Of a DNA stretch of 64,000 bases, positions 1 through 13,823 are shown piece by piece (the first letter of the stretch is position 1; each line of letters starts with the position of its first letter). The stretch is from Octopus vulgaris (taxonomy: Eukaryota): positions 49,662,001-49,726,000 of the forward strand of contig OX597815.1 in NCBI GenBank assembly GCA_951406725.2, given 5' to 3'. Under the pieces are notes generated by a model. The model was not told the DNA's origin. It made no database searches and saw nothing but the letters and a program-made list of their open reading frames with translations. The translations under genes were made by a program, and so were the position numbers.

Positions 1-204
1 GTTTTGTATTGTTTGCTATTTGTTTTTGAAGATAACCAATGGAACAACAGTGGATGCAGTTGCATAAGACAACTGGAGGTTAGTGACTGCTCCTGCTTGT
101 GCTACACGTTCCATATAATGAAACTATGGAAGTGATGCTATTACATTTTTACAGATGTGTGATACCCAGACTGTTACAATGAAATATTTTGTTGCCTAAG
201 CCTA

Positions 205-550
205 AATGGCACTTGTGCCAGTGGCATATAAAAAGCGCCCTTCAAACGTTGGGCCTCATGGCGGCAGTGCTAAATGTCTGAGAACTTTGGGAATATATAC
301 TGTGCTTGAGAAGATCTGGCAAGCCAAGTTAGATCCTAGTTGTGGCTGATGCTGGTTACATAACTGGCATCCATGCTGGTGGCATGTAAGAAGCACCCAC
401 TACATTCTTGGAATGGTTGATGTTAGGAAGGGAATCCAGGCATAGAAACCATGCCACATCAGATCGGGACCTGGTGCCACTTACCAGTTTTCTGTCAAAC
501 TGTCCAACCCATGCCAGCATGGAAATTGGACGTTAAATGATGATGATGAA
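205..550 (+). mobile_element. RTE-type 3'-tail retroposon fragment (family C)
   Basis: Contains gtgccagtggcatataaaaagc-type sub-repeats, ttaggaagggaatccag and tccaacccatgccagcatggaa..ggacgttaaa followed by a (tga)n tail. The same module recurs at ~9.1, 9.7, 26.0, 26.5, 39.9, 44.1 and 62.4 kb. Confidence 0.7.
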
Positions 551-3500
551 GTAGTTTGAAAAAGATCAAGTCAGGATTTGTACTGGAGTTGGAGCTTAGT
601 GAGGCAAAACTGCACTGAATGAAAGTAGCACACTTCTATCAATGACTTCTGGATCAGTGGCAAGACTGGCCAAAACAAAGAGAGGTTGACAGAGGATGCA
701 GTTAGATGACCAGCATGATCAGCATATCCCACTATGATCTGAGGTTCATTTCCCACAACAATGTTGTAGGATATTGTCTTTCTGATGAATGAAATTTGAT
801 CACTGGTGGTCAGGTTTATTCTACACAGTCTGATGGAAATTCAGTTTTCATATGTGTAGATTCTCAAGTATTTAAATAATTTCACTAAGCATTTGAACTT
901 AGTGGAATTATTTCCTATTCTTAGAACATGAACAAGATGTACTACAGTGCTGAGTTGAAGGATTTAAGTAATAAGGATTTATAATGGTTTTTGTATTCTT
1001 TGTCTATCATTTAATCTTTTTCATTGAGTAGAGTAAAACACATGATGATGTAAGACTCCAAATCTAATTCTACATAAAGTTTTTTTCAACACTTCTCAGT
1101 ATTGCATTAGTTAGAAGTTATTCTGTGTTACTAAACATCGATTTCGTAAACACATTTTAACTGAGTATTATTAATTTAGGATATAATGGTCAACATTTTT
1201 ATCCTATGCAGAAACTTAAAACTTCTTTTTTTTTTTTTGCTGATTTGTTTATTGTAGTTAAAACTTTTCCTTTCTGTTTTTAAAGCAACTTTTGATAACA
1301 AAAAACAAAAAACAAACTTCAAATTAGAAGTTGAAATGAAAAGGTTAATCCTGTTAACCATCAACATGAATTCAAACAGTTACAAGTAATTTTGTGATTG
1401 TTTGTACCTTACCACATTGTCAATTAGGAAGCCTGCAACTTTGATCCTTCATGTCTGAGTGCACTGTGTTTTAATAAAAAAAAGAAAGTCTGCAAAAGAA
1501 AAAGAGGATGTAGGATGTGTTTTTGTTTTTTTTTCTGGGTAAGTGATCATCTAGAGAGGTTATTGGAAGAAACCTCTTGCTAAACTGACAAAATGATGAT
1601 GTGAATATTAGGAGTTGGCATTTCAACAAGTTCTGATCATTTATAACAAATGGAGAAAGTGAGGAAAATTGCCAAATATGGTAACAAATTAATAGAAAAT
1701 TGCCATTTCAAAGGTTGCACTATGCTGCTTTTGTGTAACAGAAATGAACTAATTTTTGTTTTAATCAGGCTCTGTAGAGAACAGCAAACCATTTGCAATA
1801 ATTGAAAAATATCTACACAATGACTTGGCTATAAAGAGACTTTCAGGCAATTATTCACCAACAGAAAATTATAAGCTGTGCAACTCCTATGATACACAAC
1901 AGGTTTCTTGCACACAAGAACTGGAATGAAATTCAAGCAAAATTACATAACAAGCAATTTATAGGTGAACACATGGACGTATGGTTAACTAGTTTGCTTT
2001 ACAATCATATGGTTTTGAGTTCAATCAAGATTGCAAGGCATTTTGGTGGATCCTACTCAGTTGTAAGCAGTCAGGCCAGGTCTCTGATGGGAGGAAAACT
2101 TCGTCCCTTATCTTTCTCCCACCAGTCATATGGAAGCCCTGAAAACAATTATCGATGCTTTCTCTTGCACCTAAGCTATCAGAAATCTCTCCAATTTAAT
2201 AATATGTCATATATTGTGCAAATGATGCTTCATAAGTTCACTGACATTATGGAACTCTCCACCACACTGCACAAACTAATGATTCCCAGAATCCTGTTTT
2301 TAAGAATTTATATATATTAAAACAAGAAAATATAGTAACAAAATAATTGCACTGAATTCATTCACAGAAACTTTTTTGAATGCAGCACTTCAAGGTTTTG
2401 GAGTTTATTTTCTTATTAACATAAATAATCATTTTTATTTTAATCAACAAAAGTGTTCACAATCCTATGGTTTCTATCTTCACAGATAATGTTACACATG
2501 CATAAATTTATTGATTAGTAGAGTTGAAGTTTGAAATCAGCTATTATTTTCTAAACAGCTTAATGGCTATTAGCATTGTAAAGAAGGATTATCACACACT
2601 GCTTTTTGTTCTTGGTTTCCTAACGTTGACATTTAAATATATATTTTCAAAATATATTCAGTTATTTGTATGAAATGCTGGAACCATTTAATTTTTTTAA
2701 AAATTAATAATCACTATAACAACAAGGGAAATTAATGCTAATATTTTCAGATCTATATATTGATGCAGGTATACAAAGGTATATTTCAATAACCACAATT
2801 ACCTGATCACTCAAGTAATAAAGGGTTCACCCTTAATATAAAATAAAGTGCTGATTTAAGGTATATTTCATACCAGTTTTTCTTTAACCTTAAATCAGTA
2901 GCTTTCCTAATGGAGAATCAGAAAAGGAGTAGGGGAACTTAAATTTCAGATTATACAGTGATTTTTATATTTTGTACAAATTTAATGTGTCTTTTCTTCA
3001 ATGACTCAAATTTGGTTTGCCTTTTCTCTTAAAAAAAACTATAAAAAAGAAAAAAAAACATTTAAACATCTTATTTTTCTTTCTTCACTTTCTAAACAGC
3101 TCAGCTATTGTAGCAAACAGTGAATAAATAAATAGTTGTACTGAAAGTACTGGAAAGAAAGACATTATTTCAGTCTGTCTCATGAACTTATTTATTTTTG
3201 TTTTAAATTCAAAACTGGAAAAACAAAATTAAACACTCAAGCAGTCTCCCCACATGAAGAACAACAACAACAAAAACCAACAAATAAACGAAATGTCAAG
3301 AATAATATATCAAATTTCTTCTGAACAGATGCCATCTTAGTAAAAGTTAGAAACAATCTTTAAAAAAAAAATAATTTTACAGATTTTTTATTTCTTAGAA
3401 TTGTTTGTTTGAAGTTATATTCAATTCTGTTTATCTTAAAATAATAAGCCATGTAAAAGTTTACATCATTTTCTAATTAGTTGTTAAGCTTGAACAACAT

Positions 3501-3594
3501 ACCTATGATGACTCTTTATTAAGGGTCACTGGTTAGCTGCTATTAGAGGACTACATACATAAATACGTAAATACATACATACATATATATATAT

Positions 3595-3632
<38 letters not shown>

Positions 3633-3633
<1 letters not shown>

Positions 3634-4285
3634 ACAGTTGAAACACTAACTTCAGGAAATTAACCAGTTACCTGATCCTCTACCACTCAGAAAAACTCAC
3701 AAGCCAAATTGACTTCATAATCACCAAAACAAAAAAAAAAAAGAAGAGATAGTGATGATGATGAATTCTAAATATTTTCCTTGTGAACAATGCACTACTC
3801 TGGTGATTAGAGACATCAGAGTAAGAGCTTGATGGATCAAAATACATAAGACAATATGGTACAGGAAGATGTAACTTTTGGCCAGTTGTAAGCTCAAAGA
3901 AATACCAGCCTGTGCATGCATAAGTGAAGAAGGAAAACAAAAACATATGATATAGAAAACAACTGGGAGTTTCTGTGTGTCAAACAACCACAAGCCACAG
4001 ATCAGGTATGTTGATGGAGCAAGATTTCAGCTACATGGAACATAACAATGTAGTGGAATAAAACTGGGCATAAAATCTAATAGATAGGCTTATAAAGAAC
4101 GGAAGAGAAGAAAGATCAAGGAACAAAACCAGGGATGCTAGATATCATGTATACTTAGGTAAGAAAGGTGCAGAAAATAAGATGAGCGCCAATGTTCTGT
4201 GATGTGAAAATCAGAAGCATGAGATGCTCTGGATTGCAAAAATGTGAATCAGTAGGTTTTCAGGACATCGTTGGTAAAAAGTAAA
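3633..4285 (+). pseudogene. RTE LINE AP-endonuclease relic
   Basis: Manual translation gives NTNFRKLTSYLILYHSEKLTSQIDFIITK and then a FPCEQCTT-like segment. These match RTE endonuclease motifs (NTxFxK...ITY.SG...SQID.I; GE.C..QH). The frame is disrupted. Confidence 0.65.
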
Positions 4286-4368
4286 TATATATATTTATGT
4301 ATATATATCCTGGACAAATTCTTCCAGGAAATACCGGATAAAACACCTACACCTGGTGGTTATACATA

Positions 4369-4410
<42 letters not shown>

Positions 4411-4420
4411 GATATATATA

Positions 4421-4830
4421 TTCTTTTACTCATTTGACTGGAGCACCACTTTGAAGAGTTTCAGTCAAACAAATCCGCCCCAGGACTCACTTTTTAAGCC
4501 TGCTACTTATTTTATTGGTCTTTTTGCTGAGCTCCTAAGTTATGGGGATGTAAACACACCAACACTGGTTGTCAAGTGATGATGGGGGGGGGGGGGCGAC
4601 AAAGACAGACACAAGGACATACACATAAATACACACTCACACACACACGCACACATATATATATACAGATATACGACAGTCTTCTTTCAGTTTCCATCTA
4701 CCAAATCCACTCACTTGGTCAGCCCAAGGCTATAGTAGAAAACACTTGTTGAAGGTGCCATGCAGTGAGATTGAACCCAGAACCATGTGGATGAGAAGCA
4801 AGCTTCTTACGACACAGTCATGCCTGCACC
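4421..4830 (-). mobile_element. tRNA-derived SINE, family A
   Basis: Reverse-complement copy of the dominant ~400 bp SINE: tRNA-like head, central TA/CA microsatellite, aagagtaa tail. Confidence 0.85.
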
Positions 4831-4870
4831 TATATAACTATGTATATCTATATATATGTATGTATGTATA

Positions 4871-5017
4871 CAGGTGTGACCGTATTGTAAGAAGCTTGCT
4901 CTTCTCAACCACAGGGTTCTGGGTTCAGTCCCACTGCATGGCACCTTCTGCTATAGACTCTGGTTGACCAAAGCCTTGTGAGTGGATTTGATAGATGGAA
5001 ACTCAAAGAAGCCCACC

Positions 5018-5071
<54 letters not shown>

Positions 5072-5318
5072 GCGTGTGTATGTATATATGTAAGTATCTA
5101 TGTGTGAGTCTTTGCATCTATGTTTGTTCCCTCTTCACTGCTTGACAACCGGTATTGATGTGTTTATGTCCCCTAAACTAACAGATCATCAAATGAGACT
5201 GATGGATATGTCCTAGGCTTAAAAAATAAGCCCTGGTGTCGATTTGTTTGACTAAACCTCTTCAAGGTAGCGCTCCAGCAAGGCCACAGTGAAATGAATG
5301 AAACAAGAATAAAAGAAC
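4871..5318 (+). mobile_element. tRNA-derived SINE, family A
   Basis: B-box-like gggttcagtcc, conserved gtgagtggatttg..ggaaact body, (TG)n centre and aaacaagaataaaag tail. Confidence 0.85.
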
Positions 5319-5793
5319 ATTCACCAACACATGTAGAACTGTATGCTTTGAGCTGAATATACCACTATAGAAACAAACATTCAAATGCATTTTCAAATAT
5401 GAGCATATAGCACATGAGCAGATGCACACATGCTCACATGCATGTGCTATTGTATATGAACAAGTCAGTGAAAGAAAGAAGATGTAGGTGGAAACTGACT
5501 GACTGGCAAAGTCTGTCAGATAGATTTATGCAGTAAAAAAGAACCCCTTCAAAAGAACATTCTTTCATTAGAATTCTTTTGTTCTGTAACAACAACAATA
5601 CCACCACCACCACCAACAACAACAACAATTACAGCAGCGGTAGTAGTAATGAAAACAATGTCAATATTATGTTCAGGACAACTCTAAAGTGAACAGCAAT
5701 GACACCACTATTGGTATTATTAACAACAGTAATAATTGGTATGATGATGATGATGATGTTTCTTCCTATATCTATCATGTATATATATATATA

Positions 5794-6195
5794 GGCACAA
5801 GTGTGGGTGTGTGGTAAGTAGCTTGCTTACCAACCACATAGTTCCAGGTTCAGTCCCACTGCATGGTGCCATGGGCAAGTGTCTTCTACTATAGCCTCAG
5901 GCCAATTTGGTGTAGATGGAAACTGAATAAAGCTCGTTGTATGTGTGTGTGTGTATACATATATATACACACATATATGTATGTATGTGTGTGTGTTTGT
6001 GTGTCTGTGTTTGTACCCCCACCAATGCTTGACAACTAATGCTGGCGTGTCTACATCCCCGTAACTTAGCGGTTTGGCAAAAGAGACTGATAGAATAAGT
6101 AGTAGGCTTACAAAGAATAAGTCCTGGGGTCGATTCGTGGTGCTCCAGCATGGCCGCAGTCAAATGACTGAAACAAATGAAAGAATAAAAGAATA
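5794..6195 (+). mobile_element. tRNA-derived SINE, family A
   Basis: Head gtgtggtaagtagcttgcttaccaaccac and 3' gctccagcatggccgcagtcaaatgactgaaaca. Confidence 0.9.
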
Positions 6196-6518
6196 TATAT
6201 AAAGAAATAAATAATTATCATTACTATCATCATTGCCACTCATGATGATGATAATAATAATAATAATGATAATAATAATTATAAATATCAATAATAGAAA
6301 AGGATTTTAACAGCAGCAGTGTCAATAACAAAGTAAAAAGGGTGATAGACACAGAGAGCTATGACAATAGCAATGACAGCAAATTAATATGATATCAACA
6401 TCATCATCAACAGCAACAACAATGGTTTTAACAGCAGTAGATAAAACACAACAACATCTACAGAAATGCTAACAGCATCATTCCTGATAGCAAGGAAGGG
6501 AAAAAAGTATATATATAA

Positions 6519-6572
<54 letters not shown>

Positions 6573-7902
6573 ATGTAATTTTTCATTAATATCATTGAAA
6601 TATATTCAGCAATGATGGAGACTTAATGTCTGCTGTCACAAAGTCCTGAGTAATTGTTGGAGTGAGGTGGGACAGAAAGGAGAACGAAGGAGGAGAAGGA
6701 GGAGGAGGAAGAAGATAAAAAAGAAGGGGGAAAATATTAAGTTGGTGGAAGAGATGATGATGATGATGATAAACTGATTGAAAGAAGGAAAAAATCATGA
6801 GAAACAGACAGACAGACAGACAGAAAAGCAATGATATGTGATACATACAATAATATTCATACACATACAAATGCAGGAACACATACCATTAAAAAGGTAA
6901 AAGAAAAATGGATGAGCCGAGATAAAAGTAGATGAGATTGAAAGAATCAAAGAAAAATTTAAAAAAGAAATAAGAGAGAGAGAGAGAGGGAGGTAAAGAA
7001 AGGGAGAGCAAGAGAGGGAGAGAGAAAGAGAGAAATAAAATGGTGAATGTGAGAATGAAATAGAAAGAACTAAGAACAAGAATGAGGAAAAGGGAGATGT
7101 AATTTATCAGAGAGAAACTGAAAATTTGATGCAACCAACCACCAACAATTGCACTGTGAGTTTCCTTCTGCTGCCAATATGTAACAAAAGTCATATGCCT
7201 TAAAGACCAATACAGGATTTTATAGTAAGCTACCAGCACTGTAAATGTCATATTTTTGATGAATTCTCAGTTGGTGTGAAAGTAGAATTTGAATTTTGAT
7301 AGTCTCACAAAATATTTGTTTCCTTGTGCTCTTTTGATGTTTGTGATTTTAACAACAATGAAGCGGCAGTATTTAGCTTGTCACTGGTTGAAAGATTAAA
7401 ATGCAATGAGAAATATTTTAAAGCAATTGTTTTTGTTTTTGCTATTGCTGTTGTTACTGGTGGTGGTGGTGGTGGGTGCAGCATTATTATTGTTGTTGCT
7501 GTCATGTGAGTTTTCTTCTAGCATAACAATGGATTTTTAGTTACGAAGCTTCCCCCATTAAATCTATGATTTCTGTCTTTGATGCATGATACAGTCTTCA
7601 CACAAGACAACAGATATACCGCAATAAATAGTCTGACCTTCTGTATTTACCCTCTATAATGCTGCATAAGATTGAAAATACAGATTTGTCTTATACCTGC
7701 AATAATTGCTTTGTTGATTTTCATCTCACATCTATTTTCCGATGCTGGCATAAGATGGATGAAAACTTACTGAGATAGTATTTTAAGACTAGATACCAGT
7801 GGCATATGATGGTTGCTGTATTGGATGTGCTGCCACACCCAATGCCACAAAATTTCAAGCAGGGATATAACAAAAGTTTTCCATAAAGATTTGTGATTAA
7901 TA

Positions 7903-8330
7903 GGCACAGGAGTGGCTGTGTGGTAAGTAGCTTGCTTACCAACCACATTGTTCCAAGTTCAGTCCCACTGCATGGCACCTTGGGCAAATGTCTTCTACTA
8001 TAGCCTCGGGCCAACCAAAGCCTTGTGAGTGGATTTGGCTGACGGAAACTGAAAGAAGCCCATTGTATATATGTATATGTATATATATATGTGTGTGTGT
8101 TTGTGTGTCTGGGTTTGTCCCCCCCCCCACCTCAACATCGCTTGAGACCCAGTGCTGGTCTGTTTACGTCCCCCATAACTTAGCGGTTTGGCAAAAGAGA
8201 TCCGATAGAATAAGTACTAATCTAACAAAGAATAAGTCCTGGGGTCGATTTGCTTGACTAAAGGCGGTGCTCCAGCATGACCGCAGTCAAATAACTGAAA
8301 CAAGTAAAAGAGTAAAAGAGTAAGAGTAAA
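7903..8330 (+). mobile_element. tRNA-derived SINE, family A (full length)
   Basis: A-box-like tggctgtgtgg, B-box-like gttcagtcc, full body and (aaagagta)n tail. Confidence 0.9.
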
Positions 8331-8570
8331 TAAATGAGTAAAGTTAATATTTTTTATGAACTTGCCATTTACGATGGGTGTGCAGTGCATACCTAGCACA
8401 CTCAGAATATATGTTCCTGCTTGTTTTCAAGCAAGGGTAGGTCTTTCCTTTTAGTTCCACTTGCTTTTAAAAGCATATGGTTATAGGACATAGTGTTCAT
8501 TGGAATAGTAAACATGACAATGCTATTTTGCTTGAACAAAGACATGTAAAGATGCAGAATCTAATCAATA

Positions 8571-8786
8571 GGTGCAGGAGTGACTGTGTGGTAAGTAGCT
8601 TGTTTTACCAACCGCATGGTTCCGAGTTCAGTTCCACTGCATGGCACCTTAGGCAAGTGTCTTCTACTATAGCCTCGGGCCGACCAAAGCCAAGTGAGTG
8701 GATTTGGTAGATGGAAACTGAAAGAAGCCCATCGTATATATGTATATGTATATATGTATGTTACGGGGATGTAAACACACCAGCAT
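8571..8786 (+). mobile_element. Family A SINE 5' half followed by a short inverted piece of its 3' half
   Basis: Head and body run to the central microsatellite; 8761-8786 is the reverse complement of the normal downstream sequence. Confidence 0.75.
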
Positions 8787-9318
8787 TAATTAATTGAAAG
8801 AAACACAGAGCATTTCAAATATGCTAATGAAAGATTTAATTTGATTTTATTTTTATTGTTACATAAATATGGTACTATTCCAAATTCTATATTACTAGTT
8901 TACATCTATAACTTTGAAAGTGTATTGTTTCTTGATTTTTCTACAAATTTATTGCTAAGAGCAGAAAATTATATTTTACTTAAAATTTTTTCAAATGAGG
9001 TGTAAATTTTTAGAAGTTAATAATTTTTCTATACAAAATTACTAAAACAACAATATTTCTACATTATATATACAAATCACCATCATCATCATTTAAGGTT
9101 CGTTTTCCATTCTGGCATAGGCTAGATGATTTTACCAGAGCTGGTAAGGCCAGGGGCCACACCAGGTTTCATTGTCTGTTCTGCCACGGTTTCTACAGCT
9201 GGATGCCCTTCTTAATGCCAACCAATCTATAGAGTGTACTGGGTGCTTTTTACATGGCACCAACTAAGTTTTTTGTCCAGCATGCTAATGATTCTGCCAG
9301 CTCTCCACCTTGATGATG

Positions 9319-9319
<1 letters not shown>

Positions 9320-9390
<71 letters not shown>
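9320..9390. repeat. (AAT)n microsatellite at a family B SINE head
   Basis: Pure AAT run adjoining gattctgccagctctccacc, which is the reverse-strand family B head. Confidence 0.95.
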
Positions 9391-9391
<1 letters not shown>

Positions 9392-9838
9392 AACACTGGT
9401 AACTCCAATAATCTCCATGAACTACAAAATATATCCTTGATGAGTACAGCCCATACACTTCAGAAAGCACTGTCCATCTAAAATGGAATAAATGTAGTAA
9501 TAATTTTAGCATGCATAGCAAAACAAAAATGTGCTTGCTACTCTTGGCCTCAAGAGGATGCCCGGTACTAATGCAACAGAAATAAACTTATGATGAAAGG
9601 AAACCATAAATAATAATAGTAATAGTAACCAGAGCTGTAACCAGGCTCTGGCATGATTCAACTTGGTTTCTATGACTAAATGCTCTTCCTTACTGTAACC
9701 ACTTCACAGTGTGTACTGGGTGCTTTTAATGTGGCACTGGCACAAGCACTTTTACATTGCGCCAGCACAAGTGCTCTTTACATGGGACCAGTATGAGTGC
9801 TTTTTATGTGGCACTATATATATATATTTATATATATG

Positions 9839-9910
<72 letters not shown>

Positions 9911-10099
9911 AGTTAAGCAAAAATTTAGATTCAAATGAATATGGTACTTAATTTAGATGCACCAGAATTTTGTATGGTGTTATCCATAGAAATCCGTGGG
10001 GTGATTATAATCAAAATAAGCAACAAGAATGACTCCAGTAATTTAGTACGATCATTTCGTACTACATCATTTTATTAAATGTTGTAAGTATTACAACAG

Positions 10100-10730
10100 A
10101 TTTAAAATGCCGAGTACCCATCAGCCAATTATAGAGGTTTTCCATTAATACAAAAAATTTTCTATCAAGTGGTATTATAGAGAAGGTAGATATATAGACA
10201 AAGATGTGGATTTAAATTTTAAGAACATTTGAGGTAGTGGGGTCCATCAACTGACTGATTAAGATTTGGTTGATCCAAACTACCGTAATGTTGTGAGAGG
10301 GAAGAATAAGTTGAAGGAGACAATAAAGATATTCTAATTAGAGAAATGGGGTAAAGCGGGTTTCAGAGCTCCATATAAGGAATTTATGTGGAAGACAGCA
10401 TTGTCACTACTAAATGTCAATTACTACTATTTGATGAACAGGTTCAGTGTTAGGAGAACTAGGTCAATGTCAAGTGATCACAATCACATTCACAGAGAGT
10501 GCAAAGACCTTACAAACCCTATGCACATCAACACAACAGTTGGTCTATTGAATAAAGGAAAAAATATAAATCTAAAATTTATTCAATTTGGAGAAAAAGA
10601 CTATCACTTATTATGAGTAGGCATAGTACTTATTAACTGGGGGAAAAGTCTTATTAATCCAGTGAACCTATTATGGGTCAAAATATATACTAAGAAAGAT
10701 GGAAAAGGGAAAATCATAGAAAGAAGATTT
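10100..10730 (+). mobile_element. Degenerate retroelement relic, possibly Penelope-like; appears to continue at ~11170-11320 after a SINE insertion
   Basis: Complex sequence resembling, from recollection only, an octopus Penelope-like repeat. No catalytic motif was verified. Confidence 0.3.
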
Positions 10731-10751
10731 ATATATATATATATATATATG

Positions 10752-11168
10752 TTCTTTTACACTTTACTCTTTTGCTTGTTTCAGTCATTTGACTGTGGCC
10801 ATGCTGGAGCACCGCCTTTAGCCGAGCAAATCGACCCCAGGACTTATTCTTTATAAGCCTAGTACTTATTCTATCTGTCACTTTTGCTGAACCACTAAGT
10901 TACAGGGGCGTAAACACACCAGCATCGGTTGTCAAGCAATGTTGGGGGGGACAAACACAGACACACAAACATATACACACACATACACATATATATATAT
11001 ATATATATAGATATATACGACGGGCTTCTTTCAGTTTCCATCTACCAAATCCACTCACAAGGCTTTGGTCAGCCAGAGGCTATAGTAGAAGACACTTGCC
11101 CAAGGTGCCACGCAGTGGGAACCTTGGAACCTTGTGGTGTGTAAGCAAGCTACTTACCACACAGCCAT
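10752..11168 (-). mobile_element. tRNA-derived SINE, family A
   Basis: Near full-length reverse copy. Confidence 0.9.
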
Positions 11169-13088
11169 GTAAATTTAAGATAATAAGGGTGAAAAATTGA
11201 ATATTAATTTGATTAATATCAATTTAAAACCAGTGGCCTAGCTTATTGAAAAATCTGAAGATTCAGAAAAATAATATTACATACATATAAGAGGGATGAC
11301 CACTAAGTGGACATCCATTAGGTCTGAAATTTTGGCACAAGTGGGTGAGTCAATGACATCAGCCCCAGCACTTGACTGATACTTATTTCATTGACCATAA
11401 ATGGAGGAAAAGGCAAATTTGACACAGTAGAACTTGAACTCAGAATGTAAAGACAAATGAACCATTAGCATTCCAGCTCATAGATACAATATAGTCTAGT
11501 TAGCCTCAAAACAAATTCATATCACTGGTCTGAGATTTGCTGTTGCACATCAACAGAATGATAATTTTGGTCTTTGCCTGTATACCTCAGACCAGCAATT
11601 TGAATTTGTTTTGAGAGTGACTTGAGTATACTCAACTGATGAGATGAAATGACAGTAAAATATTAATATCTACTATTTTCACTCATCTTCAGGGCAATTC
11701 ATTACACCTGGTTTTGAGATATTAAGTGTTTTTTTTTTTAACATTATGTCTTAAAGGGACTTCCCTTGGATGAAATACTACAGTCTGAAAGCATTTAACA
11801 ACACACGTACATTAAGTACATGGCGTCAATAATGTGTGTGTTTGTGTGTGTGTATGTGTTTACATATGTGTTCTATCAAAGTTATAAGGTGTGAGTAGCG
11901 TTATTGTTGTCATTTCTTCTGTCCACAAATTGTCCACTTGCTTTGTGTCTTCAAAGATGTATAAAATGAAGGATCCCTTACTTAAAAAAAAGGTAAAGGT
12001 TAGCAACAGGAAAAGCATCCAGCTGTAAAATAATACCTCCATAATATATTCATCTAACCCATACTTACGTAAAAAAAAACCAGACATAAAATGAAACAAA
12101 TGAATACACTCTGTACCAAGTCTACTACCCTATAAAGAGTAGAGTTAATGGTGATATACCCAGTATACCATATACCCAGCCAGAATGTACGGTTCTTAAA
12201 CATTATTCATTTGTTTATTTATTTAATAGGCACCAGATTGTAGAGGTTTTCTATGCTATCAGGTGAAGTAGAAAGAAACACACCAGTAGCACTAATTGTT
12301 TCCTGCTTGTCACATTCCAGTTGTTATTTATAGTTGATGAGGTTATTTTTTTTCTGAATTATGTGTCAGTATTGAAGTTAGTAGAGATTTGCTAGTCTTT
12401 TGTAGTTAGAGTAGCTGAAGCAATGCTTTTCTTGGCAACATCCACCATCATTATCTTTGGCTTATTATTTTCATTATCACTTCTGTCTTTGAAGCCACAT
12501 AAGATTAGTAACTTACTTAATTTTAGTAAGGGCATTATTTTATCAGTTCATTATTTTGCTTTAACAGGTAAACTGGATTTTTTTTTAAAGTGAAATATTC
12601 AATATAACAAGTTTGTGAGTCCTTTACCTATAATCACAAGTAAAATTTATATTGATACATTTCAGTATAAAAACGTGTGTGTGTGTATGTGCATGTGTGC
12701 ATGTGTGCATGCGTGCACATGTATCTATGAATGAACAGCATGGCCGCAGTAAAAAATGACTGAAACAAGTAAATGATAAAAGGTATGATTGTGGAAGCAA
12801 ACATGGAAAGCTGTATGTAGTAGAGTTTATTCATTTGACACTCGTGAACCACTTTGATGCTACTCAGAGTTTCTCATCAGATGATCCTTTGAGTGATAAA
12901 ATCCTTTTTAGCTCCTGTTGGATAACATATAAGGAATAACTTTGAATAGCATCAGAGCATATTAACAGCTTGAAACAAATGTGTGGAGAAGCAGCAAGAG
13001 AAAGACATTCAACAGAAAGAGAGAGAAAGAGAGACAAGCCAAGAGAGAGACAGAGAGAGAAAGAGACAAACTGAGAGAGAGAGAGAGA

Positions 13089-13129
<41 letters not shown>

Positions 13130-13789
13130 ATGCGTGCAATGAAAAAGAGACAGTGGGAGAGAAAGAGATTCCATTTCAAAAACTATTTCCTAAATAGATT
13201 ATGTTTAATAAATTTTTAATAATTCCATTACTAGCAATGTTATACATCATTATTAACTATCATTATAATCATCATCATCGTTATAACCACACCTCCCCAC
13301 ATGAACATGATACAGCTGCTGCCATGATAGCACACTATCTACTAACCTTTATTAAAGTTACTATCACTAAAAATGCCACCATTTATTCCGTGATAGCCAC
13401 AAACAACAAATGTGATCTCCAGCACCACTGCTATCACTACTGAAAAAAGTCAATCACCATTACAATAGGCTACTAATAGAGAACATCATTGCCATCATCG
13501 CTGACAACACTTTCACAACCTACCTATACACAACTGCTATCATAGCTAATTAACTTCACTACGCTACCACCAACAAAAACAAAAATACTGCCACCACGAA
13601 CGCCAATACTGTCATAGATAATTCTGCCAAACCTTTTGGTCTCTTTGTACTAAATAGATCTCTCATCTTGCCCATGTTAACAAGTGATGAATCTCAACAA
13701 CGAGGCACTTGAAAGTTATATAAGGGTCAATATGAAGCACCTAGAAGGTCAGGTGAAATATTAAGAGTGGTCGGAGAAGTGATACTTAC

Positions 13790-13823
13790 CAATTTCTTCT
13801 TCCCAAGAATATGTCATAACTGG
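13790..13823 (-). other. Candidate microexon (34 nt, or 30 nt using the AG 4 nt downstream) of an unidentified minus-strand gene
   Basis: Minus strand reads ttctaat (branch-point-like), then a pyrimidine tract of ~40 nt, then gcattcgacag|CCAG|TTATGACATATTCTTGGGAAGAAGAAATTG|gtaagt. Confidence 0.5.

Noticed and set aside
1413-1463. Minus-strand 51-nt segment between acag| and |gtaagg
   Set aside because: Stops occur in all three frames; it cannot be supported beyond a possible non-coding exon.
1889-2320. 143-aa ORF in non-microsatellite sequence
   Set aside because: No recognisable motif; part of it looks like a decayed SINE, and there is no splice support.
7721-8257. Recurrent peptides such as [19 protein letters not shown] and QIHSQGFG..EAIVEDTCPRCHAVG
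   Set aside because: They recur because they are read through copies of the same SINE; they are not a gene family.
12860-12890. Minus-strand CTGATGAGAAAC hammerhead core
   Set aside because: There is no helix II between the two boxes.
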